DNA from: Klebsormidium nitens
Taxonomy: Eukaryota; Plantae; Klebsormidiophyceae
DNA: 64,000 nt
Assembly: GCA_000708835.1 (NCBI GenBank)
Contig: DF236990.1
Span: forward strand, 124,001-188,000
Direction of reading: 5' to 3'
The first letter of the stretch is position 1, and each line of letters starts with the position of its first letter. Shown here in pieces: positions 48,105-60,410 of the stretch. Made by a program: the position numbers and the translations under genes. Under the pieces are notes generated by a model. That model was not told the origin of the DNA, ran no database searches, and saw nothing but the letters and a program-made list of their open reading frames with translations.

Positions 48105-49379
48105 GCCTACAGATGCTCTTGAAGACAAACGAGCGCCTCTTCAAGAACTCCACATTCTGATCTTTTCCCACAGATCAACACAACTCCTCCTTGCTTGCTG
48201 TGTTTTGAGGTGTTCATGCAGACACGCAATGCCGTCCGCAATGCGCGCCCGCGAGCATGCAGTGGAGCCCAACACAACGCAGTTGAATGGCAGGACTTGC
48301 TTGACTCAAAATTTGTTGCCTGCCTACATTGCAACAACACACTGGCATTGCACACAGATTTGTGATTTTGAATTGTCAAGGCACGTTCCAACTTCCATGC
48401 AGTAGTGCCAAATGCCAATGGCCTGCCCAGGCAGGCCCAGCCAGTTGTCCGGTCAGGCTACATACCGTAGTTGCGTAACCATTCGATTGGAGAAAGTTTT
48501 TCACTTCCCCCTAGTTTGAGTTTGGCCAAATTCCCATCACTGTTTGGGCAATCTGATTCGTTCGAATCTCGATGGCTTCGAACTTCGAAGTTCGAACACA
48601 ACACATGGACGGCCAAAGCTATTTAGAGTCAGACTGTTGCGAGTACCCGGTACCGTATACAGCAAAATCAAAAAGTATTAAACTTTGGACGATACATTGC
48701 TACTCTAGCTTGACTCTCAACGGTGATCAATGTGTAAAGATTCATGAAATATAGAGGTACTCTGTGTTACTGGTAGGTAGTACCTATGTACCCGATACGA
48801 TGTACGTAGGTACCTACGGGTAACGGTAGGTCTACCGTACCATACCTATTCGGTCCCGGGACCCGCACATTCACCAGTAGGTACCTGGTACCTAGTACAC
48901 TGTACGATCTGTACGAACAGTGAAACAGACTCACCACGGTCCACCAGCCGTGCCAAACCTACATTCATGATTGGTGTTCACCCGGGGCGTCCTTGGTGGC
49001 CGCGGGATGAATTTGTTTGAATTAGGCTGTAAGAGATGAGGTCAAATTACGGTGACAATACGCGCCTATTGAGATCACGCTTGTGATCCAGGCCGCCCAT
49101 ACTCCTGAAAAGGTAAAGGAAATCCCCGGCGACTGTTCATGGTTCTCTTCAGCAACGGTCGTTTTGACTTTATAAGGCGAATTACGAGACTCAAGAGTCA
49201 GGTAGGATGCGAATCTGTCGACGGTCCCCGGCACTTGGGAGTCGGGTCACGACTAAAGTCACGACCTGACTTGGGAGTCTAGTCGGAGTCGGCCCCGGCC
49301 CCGGAGGGTTTCCCACAGCGGGCAAGAGAACCTGGACCTGGCCGGTGCCGAAGGCACCCCGCCGGCTGATATACCGTAA

Positions 49380-49739
49380 ATAAAGTTTAATACCTATAAG
49401 GCAATGTGACCTACAAGGTACTGTATTGCGTAAGAGGATTGTACGTTTAATGATTGCGCGGTCGTACCCCGCGCTGCGCGGTGCGTACCCGAGAAGCAAC
49501 CGGGCCTGCCCTGGGACATTAGGGTCTCGCAAGCAACCGGGTGACAAGCAGGCCCTCCCTCTGACATTAGGGTCTCGCAAGCAGCCGGATGACAACCGGG
49601 CACTTCCCAGTAACATTAGGGTCTGTCGGTCACATTACCCTAGGTTTTTAGTGTTGCCCGGGGCTTTACATGTACGGTTTTCCTCTACGGTTGAAGAAAT
49701 TCCTTATACGGAACGTACCTTATAGGTATTAAACTTTAT
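49380..49739. mobile_element. MITE-like non-autonomous element, 360 bp, perfect 22-bp terminal inverted repeats
   Basis: ataaagtttaatacctataagg (49380-49401) and ccttataggtattaaactttat (49718-49739). Three internal ~48-bp direct repeats share the core acattagggtct (49516, 49564, 49613). No ORF. Confidence 0.65.
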
Positions 49740-51012
49740 GGTTACCTATGCCGGCTGGCGAGCCGGCTAAAAATGGGGGCAAATAGTGGGCTCAGCCGGC
49801 CTGTAGAGACGAATGCCGACTACCGTGCCGACAGAACGGGGGGCCGCCGGCAGCTGGCCGGCTGGGACAAAAGTCCGTGGGAACCTTGGGACTCGGGAGA
49901 GTCTCAACTTTCAAGTCTGTCAGAAGATTTTGTGATTTGGACCGTACCGTGCCGTACCGTGTGCACTGTGCACTGTGTCTGCAGCAGCACTGGCCCGGGG
50001 GCCGGGGGTCACTGGGGGCCCGGGGGTCGGGAGATATTTTGGCAGATACTGGTACCTGTAACATGGTGTCAACCTTGGAAACCAGTATTGTGTGCCCAAC
50101 TTTGAACACCAAAACTTGGCGACAGCAATCCCCCAGTTTCGGCCCTGGTCAGCTTTCGTGTACGGCCCCACCGGCCCCCGGGCACACTGCATTTGCGGCC
50201 TCACATTAGCAGCTGAAAAGGAACCGGTACGTTCGTACATGGCCAAGGAGTTGAGCAGAGTGTGTCAGTTGACCGCTTCGGCTTCATTCGCTAAACGGGA
50301 TCTGTGAGTCCGTGTCAGACCCGCGACCCAAGACCCGAGACCCTGACCAGCCTTGACACCGTTTGTAATCGGTTGGCCGGAGATTGAATCCCGGATGGTC
50401 CGAGTATTTTGTACACATTCAGAAGTGGACGGTTGGTACTCATCAGTTTCGCCAGTACACTTGGCCAAGTTCATGCCAGGTCTGAACTTTGAAGGAGCCT
50501 GACTTCTGAGCTGTGCACACCAGCCCGCAAGATCTGCGAATCTGCTTGCAAGTCGTGACGCCATGAATTTGGAAGGTCGGCAGTCTTTGACTCTGTCCAG
50601 CCGGCTGACAGCACACGTACACCACGCGAAGGTGCCTTGTCACAGGGCTTGTGACAATGCAAATGGCGCAGCGAGGAAGCAAGCAGGATTGGGGCCTGGG
50701 CCGCATTCGCATTTGTAGGATACGTACTGGCAGTGGTTGCTTTAGAACCGTTGAACCGTTGCTCGAGACTGCCCTGATTGTGAATCGGAGTTGACTTCCA
50801 TTCTGTGAAGGTACGTGGTCCACTCCAAGTTGGGAGAGAGGTGGAGCAATAAGGTTTTTGCTATCGTGGGACCCCTTGTGAGAGAGGGCTGGAGGTGCAT
50901 TTAGTTTTGATAGCATGGCTGGATGTATTTAAACAGGGTTTGTTTCAGCCTTTTCAGGCTTTCAGAAGTGGTGTTGGGCAGCTCGTCAGCTCAGACATTG
51001 TAAACCCTTGCA

Positions 51013-54000
51013 ATGGGGAAGGGTGCAGACGGGGTGGGCCTCTTGGCACCTCTGATCTGGCAGGAGGACAAGATCCAGCCAATCGTGGGAGCAATCCCCC
51101 ATGAAGCTGGATTGGTGCCAACTAGGAGAGGGGAGAGAAAACCAGTGGTGGCAAAGCGGGATGTCATCTCGGTGGAGGAGCTGGAAAGGCACTGCACCGC
51201 ATCGGACTGCTGGATTGCAATCGAGGGGCAGGTGAGCTTTTGTCAGTTGCTAGTGTCTGTTGGTTGATCATGAAGGAGCCTATTGTGATGACTTGATGAG
51301 CTCAGGCAATGGTGTTTCCAGACTCGGCGATAGACCTCATCATTGCTTGAGCTCATGAGGTGATGTCTGGGATGTGGTCATGGCAGCACAATGTCGGGGC
51401 CCAGCTAGTATCTTCCAATGCCTTCCTCTTTAGCTTCCTTCTGTGCCCATTTTCCATTGCTCCCATTCCTCTCTTCAATTGATGGTTCCATACGCTGGTG
51501 TCATCACCCGCCACTTTCTGCTTGCAGGTTTATGAGGCCACCGAATGGTTGAAGCTCCACCCAGGAGGAGACATCTGCATTTTGAACATGGCTGGCCAGG
51601 ACGCCACCGATGCCTTCAGGGCGTTCCACAAGCCTATGGTACGCCAGCGGTGTCAACATTGTTCATTGCCGGTTGATTGTGTGATTATGCATTTTCGTGA
51701 GCATGATGCTTGAGACAATCAATTCTCTCATTGGAGGCATCGAGACTGCTTTGCAATGTGTTTCTGCATCTATTGGTGTGCTCTTGACGTCATCAGTGTA
51801 GCAATAAGCAGCTGCCTTCTTATGAGACGTGAAAGAGTGAACTCAGGATTAAGATCAGCGCTCAGCGACTTGTCAGTGCGAAATGACAAGCTATTGCAGC
51901 GACGCTCTGCTGCGCGTGATATGACTTCGTTTATTAGCATATATTTCTAGCAGAGCATGCGGGTATTGGCAGGTGGACCGCTCTCACGGGATAGTGCTGC
52001 CAAAGTTGAAGACAGCTCAGTTTGGCAGCGATGTTGTCAGAGCAGTTGCATCGCCCTGATCTACAAGCTTCAATGTCTTGGTCTGGCATCACGCTGCTCC
52101 CATGCCAAGAGCATTCAAAGCAACGGGGTTGCTTATACGCGCAATGACAGAGCTTTCAGTTCAAAAGGGGACTGCATTTGAACCTGTACAGGAATACTGA
52201 GATACTTGCCGCTCAGGCTGCATCTGCGCTTTCTTGCATGCCCGCTTTCGCTTGTCCGCCAAAGATCTGGTGAACGGGTGTGAACATGAGGAAGCGCTCT
52301 TGGTGTAGAGTGTTCCTTAGTCGCCCCATGTAGTGATTGAGAAACACATATTGCAGTTTTAATAAAACCGATTTGATCAGTTAGACAACACAACACGGAT
52401 ATTCTGCATGTCCACAACTTGACAAACATGGGCAGCAAAAAGCTTTTTGTCAGGCTTAGAGAAGTTTCTCTAGCTGCCCTTTGGAGCGCTCCTCTATGCA
52501 ATTTCCCAAATTTTCTGTTGAGATCTTCAACACCCGAGGCTTCCGCCAATCACTCAGCCCCCCTGTCGCCCCCCTGTCGGCTTCACCTTTTTCCAGCTTT
52601 AGCACCGCTCCAAAACTACCATCGGCGAGTTCACTCTGGGAGCTTTCGATGGACACACAAAGGGCACCTGAGAACGGAAGACAATTTCAACAGACATCTT
52701 TGGATATTGTTGGAAAACAAGATCAACAGACCGCCCCTCTCTGCAGGTCTCCCCCTTGCGCCAAGTGGCTCTCTGCCGAATGACAAGTTCCATCTGCCCC
52801 GCTTCCACTGAGCGTATTGACACATCGTCTTTGCAGACATGACTGGAGTGCTCTTGAGAATTGTTTCTAACACTGAAAAAGCGCTCCTTTCCGCAGGTCT
52901 CCAAGTTCCACCTGCCGCGGTTCCACGTCGGTCCGCTCGCCGCCGCCGCCCCCCCCTCCAAGATGCTCCAGGAATACAGGCAGCTGGCCAAAGACCTCGA
53001 GTCATCCGAGCTCTTCCAGACCCGCCCCTCCTTCTACCTCTCCAAGGCGCTCGTCATCGCGGCCCTCTTCGCTCTAGTTGTCGCTGGCGTCACGCTGACG
53101 TCATCGCCTTGGGTGCACCTCGCGAGCGGGCTCCTCCTGGGGTTGTTCTGGCAGCAGTGCGCGTTTGTGGGGCACGACACGGGGCATCTCAGCATCACGC
53201 GCACGCGCTCGCTCGACAATCTGATTGGCTTGTTTGTGGGGAACGTGTGCACTGGGATTGGGATCCTGTGGTGGAAGGTGGGGGGCTTCACAGATCTGTC
53301 TTTGATCGTTTGCATGTGGTGTCTGTAATGTCAAGTCTGACTTCCAATGCTTTTCTTTCATAAATGTCTGCTGTCTGAGTCGGATGCTTAACGCCTTGTT
53401 TCTGATGTTTCCTTTTCTTATTCTTTGCCACTGGACCTCATTGGAAGGAGCTCATAGGATGGTGCCCTCTGTCAGCGTATACCTGGGATCTGGCTAGCAT
53501 TGCTGGCTGTGCTTTACTTCCTTGTGGGTCAGTCATCCCCTTCTTTCTCAATATCTGTTGGGGTCCGGTCTTCATAATCGTTGTCAGACGGCGAGGGGCG
53601 CTGCCCGTAGCTACTTCTTCTGCTACTTCTTCTGACTCCTTTGGAAGCTGGCAGAGTGTGGCCTTACTTTGCCTGGTGACAAGTCGTTGGTTTTCTTCTC
53701 GTCTCGTGTTGCTGCCACTCAAATATCTCTGCTAAAGTGTCGGGAACGCGCGTAGTTTGGACTTGGACCGCCCGGTGGACAGCAATGTGCCATGGTAGCC
53801 TCCTTCGTGATGCTTTACTGCTGGTGCATGTGCGAAGTCCTATGTTTGCATTTTCTCAAGACCGGGGAGGTGTTCAGATCTGGAGCTGTTAGAGAAACTG
53901 TCTCTTATTGCTGGAGATTGCATGACAGCCCTCGCTCGTTTTCACGGCGTTCTGAGTCAATATGTACGAAGCTCACGTGTTTTTGGTCGTTTGCACAACA

Positions 54001-57000
54001 TGCTACGATCTGGACTAGCAATGCCGCCACAGAACAAAGCTTAGCATAACGCGTATACATACTCTTCATCTGAACCGTCTCCCAGCATGATCTGACCGCA
54101 TCCCTTCCCCCCTCCTGCAGCGCACCCACAATGTGCACCACATCGCGTGCAACAACGTGCAGTACGACCCCGACATCCAGCACATCCCGCTCTTTGCGGT
54201 CTCGGAAAAGTACTTCGCCTCACTCTACTCGTTCTACCACAAGCGCCAGATGAACTTTGACCGTGCCGCGCGCGTACTCGTCAGCTACCAGCACTGGACC
54301 TTCTACCCGATCATGGCTGTGGCCAGGTAAGGGGCGGAGAGAACGCTCAATGGTCCGGGTTTTCTGGCCCTCTATCAAAAGTCTTTAAAGGTCAGGGGCT
54401 ATTCTGTGTTTGATTCAGCTACCGTTCTGGTCAAAGAAACGGTTGACTTTAGCTGGGTAGGGCGCGGTTTGGTGCAGAAAAGGTACGTTACTGATTAGAT
54501 GGTCACTGCTGAAGCAAGAAGATTAGAGCCAGTTCGAATTCTGTCCTCGGAGTCCTTCCTTGGAGGAGTTTGGGTGTTTGGCACTCTCTTTGCTCCATAT
54601 CTGGACCTCCTGTCCCTGGTGCATTCTGCTGGAAACAATCCTTTCCATGCGCCCTTGGGTTCCTGATAATCCTTTTCTTCTCGGGCTTGCCTATAACTTT
54701 GCTGCCTCTGGTAAGCTGACTCAGAGTTGTCTGTCTCCAGGTGGAATCTGTGGGCGCAAACATGGATCCTTCTGCTGTCGGGGCCCCACACGCCCGACAA
54801 AACCGCAGAAATTGCGGCGCTCATGGTCTTCTACGGGTGGCTCGCAAGTCTCATGTCCTTCATCCCGAGGTGAGGTGTTTTATGGGTTTTCCAAACCTTT
54901 CTGGAAGTTCAGGGACGTGATTTTGGCATGGTGTGCAACGTCAAGAGCATCTTTCAGCCAGACAGATGTTCCAAACAGGTCTTGCAGTTATCGAAGATGA
55001 TTCTTAAAGAATGTCGTGCAAACGTGTTACGGTGTACAAGTCAAACCGGTTAACGCCGAATGTAGATCCCATGCTTCCTGAGCCGTCGAATCCTTTGCTT
55101 CAAGACGCCCATGTCATTGACGAGCTTTTGTGACGCTCTTTCTTCTTTGTCCCGTCCTTTTGAAGAATTGAGAACGGACCCTCTTCTCACCGTCCATCGC
55201 ATCAATCGTGGTGAACCGAAAACGGGACGTTTTCTTATTCTCTCCATCTCTAATGCAGCTGGCCCGTGCGCATCGGTTTTCTCTGCGCGGCGGTCGCCCT
55301 GTCCGGTATCCTTCATGTCCAGGTGCGCCGCGACTCCGCTGATGTCGTCAATGTTTCTCATTGTTGCCTGTCTGGTTGCCTGATACTAGTGGAGACGCAA
55401 TCACCGAGGATGGCTGCTTGGCTTTGGGATCGCTCCTTGTGATTTCCAGAGCAAAACCTTTTCGTTGTTTTGAGCGGGTGTGCCTAGTAAATCTTTGCCC
55501 CAAAATTCCAGGTGCCGTCTTCCGTTCTCTGCTTCGGAGGCTCAATCCCAGTCGCTCGCACCCACACTTTACACCCTGCACCTTCGAACCAGATAAAAAA
55601 GCCGGATTCTGCTCGTTCTGTTGCCCCGAACCCGCCGTTCGCCGGTCCCTTACATTCGCTCAGCCGCTTATAACGATCAAGCTGGATTCAGTCCGTTCTG
55701 ACTCCGTCGGGTTTTGGTGCAGATCTGTCTGAGCCACTTCCCGATGCCCGTCTATGACGGCCACGTGGCAACCAAGGACTACGTCCAGATGCAGCTGGAC
55801 GGGACGATGGACATTGACTGCCCAACCTGGGTGAGAAGTTAGAACCTTTTTCCGCTTCAGTAGCGCATCAGATAAGAAACTTCTAAACAAATAGAGAATG
55901 AAACTTGAGTTGGACGTTCAACTCGGCCTTTGCTTGCCCCTCTGCCGGCGGTTTCCCTTTTCCAGGCGGGTCCCAGTCCACTCGCAACATTACCTGTTCT
56001 CAAACGGGCGTCCAAGCCGATCACGTGTGGTATAGTGCCTGATATCAGGATCTAGAACAACTCCTTAGCCCTACACTAATCAGTTCGCATTCTGACTCGG
56101 TGTACGGCTAACAATCAGTCTTCTTCCACCACTCTCCTCTAACAACGCTCATAAACCCCACGATCCCCTGGCCCCCGCAAACTAGACTTGAGGTTTAGTT
56201 GAAACGTAACCCGTTTCGTTTGCATTGGTTTCATGGCGGGCTCCACTTCAGGTGAACCACCGCCTTTGCTAAAACACTCAATCACTCTCCTTTAATCACG
56301 CTTAATGTAGGTCAGAAGCCCGTGAGCCCGCACCGGCGTTAACCCGTAACCCATTTTGTTTGCACTTGGACTGGTTCCATGGGGGCCTCCACCTTCAGAA
56401 GGAGCAACCTATGCCAAGACCCTAACAACTCCCTTTGACCACGGTTTATGTGGGTAGCCCGAATTACTGTGATTAACCCCCCGTAACCCGTTTGGTTTGC
56501 AGTTGGACTGGTTCCACGGGGGGCTCCAGTTCCAGGTGGAGCACCACCTGTTCCCGCGCCTGCCCCGCCACAACCTGCGCCGGGTCAAGGGGACCCTCCG
56601 CGCGTTCTGCAAGAAGCACGGCCTGCGCTACACCTCCGTTCCCTTCTGGGTGAGAAGCTTATTCGATATTTAACCCACTTTCCTCTGGATCTCTTTCATT
56701 TGTTTGTGATAGAACTGGTTAGACTGTCCAAGAGATCTGCTTGGAGGCACCGGTGCCCCACCACCGCCTGGCGCAAACACAGATTCTTTCTTGAACATCC
56801 TCTGCCCAAGTTGCCTGGGCCCGCAGCTTACGGTCGACCGCGTTCGCTCTTTTTAGTATTGCATCCAGAATGATGCGAGCGGAATGGTGTAGAAGGCCCC
56901 GCATGTGACGTGGTTGCTGATGTGTGTCGCTTTTCATTTGCAGGAGGCAAACCGGTTGATCATTAAGTGCCTGAGGCAGCACGCCCTTGAGGCACGTGAT

Positions 57001-57066
57001 TTGAGCAAACCCCTCCCGCCCGCAAACGAAAGCTTGCTTTGGGACGCCCTGAATGCTCAGGGCTAG
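51013..57066 (+). CDS. SLD: Cytochrome b5-fusion front-end desaturase, sphingolipid delta-8 desaturase-like. Exons 51013-51231, 51528-51638, 52897-53277, 54121-54326, 54741-54869, 55259-55322, 55723-55830, 56503-56649, 56944-57066
   Basis: Cyt b5 HPGG. His boxes GHDTGH, HNVHH and QVEHHLFPRLPRHNLR. SLD-typical YQHWTFYPIMAVARWNL, LDWFHGGLQFQ and LLWDALNAQG*. Confidence 0.92.
52735..52900 (+). repeat. Degenerate copy of the acceptor and 5' end of the exon starting at 52897 (copy starts 52747)
   Basis: ctgcag|gtctcc...caagttccatctgccccgcttccac versus ccgcag|gtctccaagttccacctgccgcggttccac. Confidence 0.75.
56195..56510 (+). repeat. Two copies of the acceptor and 5' end of the exon starting at 56503
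   Basis: cgtaacccgtttcgtttgcattggtttcatggcgggctccac (~56207) and cgtaacccattttgtttgcacttggactggttccatgggggcctccac (~56345) versus cgtaacccgtttggtttgcagttggactggttccacggggggctccag. Confidence 0.92.
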
Positions 57067-59086
57067 GCATAGGTCTAGAGCACGGGGGAACAAGCCATCC
57101 CTTTCGCATATTGTACTGTGGTTAGATATCGAGGTCTAGAGACTAGAGCACTTGGGAAGCTTGGGCCGTACGAGTTGGCTGGTGGGGCTAAGTTCAGTTC
57201 CGAGGGGGAATTGCTGCCGTCAAAGCTCTCAGTCAGTATTGAGGCAAGGTGCATGTGGCTCATGAGAGTTGCATTGCTGCGAATCGTAATGATTGGACAG
57301 TCGTCACATTTATGTGCTTTTGCGGGTGCTAGTACTCCCCAAGATGAAGGTTGTAGCGATGCGCAATTTGGGTTTGTTGAGAGTAGAAATTGTTCGAGGC
57401 TCAGCAAGTGAGCTGGAGGAATTGAGCACTTTCAGGCCGCACCGCATTCGTCGACGTATGCTAAAGTTGTTTGACTTCGTTGCCAATTGACATTGTCGGA
57501 TCGACGATCCAGGTCCCCCGTACCCTTTGTAGGACTTCAACTTGATTCATTATTGAGCTTGATAACTGACCCATGCAATTGTTACAGTCCGTCTTTTTGA
57601 AACTTTCAGGTGAATGCATTACTTGGAGACAGTGTTTACCCTCACAAGCATTCGTTGTCTTTACAGTAGGCTATGGTACAATGGGAATGGCCGGATTGAC
57701 AACAATTTCGATCGATCATTCCACAAACAAACTTAGTACACCATTTGATTGGACGGCCGTGCCGGTTGTCGGCCTCCGCCGCCCCTGAATCTTTCCAGAA
57801 TTCAGTGAAGATTGTGTCCCCCAAAGCCTTATACTTTCGGGGCTTGTCACATATGAACCGGTGCATGGAAGTTGAATTTTCGACTGAACATACCGTACTT
57901 CGGAAAAGCTCTTGGCTGCCGGGCAACTTTCTTGGCGACGTCCTTGGCAAGCCTCAATGCACAAGCCTCAATGGGCAAGTGCCACCAGGCAGGACCGGCA
58001 TGATATGCAGCATGTCGTGCCAAAGTACCGGGTCGTGGTATGTTGCATATATAACCGCGGTATACGAACTATAATTAACTTGATCATGACGCGGCCGCAC
58101 ACTAGAGGCAGGACGCGTTATAGCTGATCGAGCGCTATTCTGGCAAATTTGTGATCCCGTCAACGTACATCATTGGCATGGCCTATTCATTTAGGCTTGC
58201 GCAATAGGGTGGCCCGCTGCGGCTGAAGAGGATCGCACTAAACGGGCACTTTTAACCATCATGTTCCGGCCAGACGAGTGAACTGCTAAATTGCTCTAGA
58301 ATGATGGCATGATACCATGGTCTAGCATGCGTCTTACATTGGACTACCGTAGGTATCGAGCCACTACCGTACTCCCAAGTATTATGGCATGGATATTTTT
58401 ACCGTAGATGCCACGTAGATGCCTTTCAACTGTACGCATTGGCGCTGAATGCACAAGTTATATTCGATAGGGTAGCTACTAGCTAGCTAGACGCTCAAAG
58501 CTCAAAGACTAAACCATATGTCTCATGCATAGGTATGCCACATGGAAGCCTGAGGTCCTTGTGACTACGGCGTTTTGAAAAGAGAACGTTCTGACCGTAC
58601 CTCACTGAGTCAGGCGGCTGACAGTGTCATTGAGTGCATCCTAGCATCCGAAGTTCGTAGACATGGACTTGGACAGGTTTTCGGAGGCCTCGAGCCGTCC
58701 ATTTGACATTATGTTGTTATCGGACGGTGTCGTAACATGCTCCGAGTCGCCATCATCGACGGTGAGTCGCTCGCATCGGACGACTACCAGATTCCTCTTA
58801 TGCTGGGAAAATGGTGAGGGCTGGCAGGGCGCAGAACTTCCCTGCCCCTGCCAAGAAAACCCCGGGGCCAACCCAGATTCAGGAATTTCCTCTGCGGGAC
58901 TTGTTAGGGTTTGTCGAGCTGGGTGACACGCTGCAGGTTGGGATCTGCCACGCACTCCCACTGTGTTATGCTCGAATCTCATTGGGCGGGACTGTTTGAA
59001 TACGGGCTTCCGATTGGCTCATTTGAGCCGTTGCAGTCACATTTGAATTTTCGGTCGGCCCGCTGACGAAGCGCGGGAACCCCGCC

Positions 59087-59171
59087 CCAGGCAAAATTTG
59101 CCTGGAGAGGGCCCGGGGATATTTTGCCTGGCGATCCGCCCCTGCGGCAGGGGAGAATTTCGCCAGGCAAA
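59087..59171. promoter_or_regulatory. Nested inverted repeats (four TTTGCCTGG motifs) upstream of the HMG-box gene
   Basis: ccaggcaaa-a-tttgcctgg (59087-59105), and tttgcctggcga (59123-59134) / tcgccaggcaaa (59160-59171) enclosing cccctgc-g-gcagggg. Function is not established. Confidence 0.4.
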
Positions 59172-59549
59172 GTGAGGCCAGAGCGCTAGCAAACCCCATC
59201 GACCCTGAAACTTTGCCGCTGTTCGATTTTCGATACCAAGTGCTGTTCGTATCGTAACTGCTGGGCCGAAGCTTGATATCTATTTGCTTCGACCAAAAGT
59301 AGTAGCGTCGAAGATAGAGCATGGAAAATTCAAATCTCAATTTGACCAAGTCCTTCGATCAGGTCTTCTCAGGGCAGTCTCAAGGCTGAAGATTAGAAAG
59401 CAGAAAGTCTGGCAAGGCAATCGTGCTCAGTTGAGAAGAAGAAGTCTTCCAGAGCCAATTCAGACGCCCCAGCCATCACACTCGCAGATTAGGCAGGCCA
59501 ATTCACCAGCAAGCAGAACGCTTCAAGGGAGAGCAGCACAGCAGCCACC

Positions 59550-60410
59550 ATGCCGAAGGCCGCGGCCAAGAAGGAGAAGAAGAAGAAGGACCCCAACGCG
59601 CCCAAGCGGCCGCTCGCGCCCTACATGTTCTACTGCAAGGAGCAGCGCGAGAAGGTGAAGGCTAGCCAGCCTGACATCAGCTTCGGGGAGATTGGAAAAG
59701 TGCTCGGCCAGCAGTGGAGCGCCATGGGAGAGAAGGAAAAGAAGGTGAGCTCTTTTTTGCAGATTACCACCTCCCGTAAGCTGTGTAAGAACATTGCTGA
59801 GCGTGCAGGTTGCTTGCTCGCAGAAAAGCAATTGATTTATAAAAGTCGTGAAGATTGGGTTGAAGGGGTGATCTCCAGTCGCAATTCATGAGTCATTGGC
59901 GTTTTTTTCCAAACAATCTTCAGAGATTGGTAAATTCAGTATTTCCAAAGGATCTGGCAGCTATAGAAGCTGGAGTACACCTAAGACGAATCGAAATACG
60001 TAACACATTGAAAAGGATTGGTTCCATGATCTGAGCAATTAGTCTACTCCGCAAAGTAATTACTGCTTCTGCTTCTAACTGATTCTGTTCACCATGCTGA
60101 TTGTGGCCAGTCCCTTCTGTTTGTTGAGTCAACAAGGCTCTTTGCGGGGGTTAGATTGACTTTCATATTGCTGGAATTGTAGCCGGGCTGGCTGGCACGT
60201 CCAACCTCTGGGACTTGCATTTTTCTGTTTCTTTACCTCCATCAGATCCAGTAGGTCATATTCTGCAACCCTGTACCACCAGCTTACCCATATGTCTTCT
60301 GACATGCACGCACTGTCCGTCTCTTGCAGCCATTCTTGAAGAAAGCGGAACAAGACAAAAAGAGGTACCAACAGGAGATGCAGAACTACGAGCCGGATGC
60401 AGACGAGTAG
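59550..60410 (+). CDS. Small HMG-box (NHP6/HMGB-like) chromatin protein, 91 aa. Exons 59550-59744, 60330-60410
   Basis: KKKKDPNAPKRPLAPYMFYCKEQREKVKASQPDISFGEIGKVLGQQWSAMGEKEKK/PFLKKAEQDKKRYQQEMQNY, a canonical single HMG box. Confidence 0.93.

Noticed and set aside
1-57066. Lipid/plastid metabolic gene cluster (SQD2, desaturase, PLGG1-like)
   Set aside because: The genes belong to different pathways and compartments and are interspersed with unrelated genes. No evidence of co-regulation.
57075-57407. HKCDDC...HMH zinc-finger-like ORF
   Set aside because: His spacing is wrong for C2H2, and it lies antisense in the desaturase 3' region.
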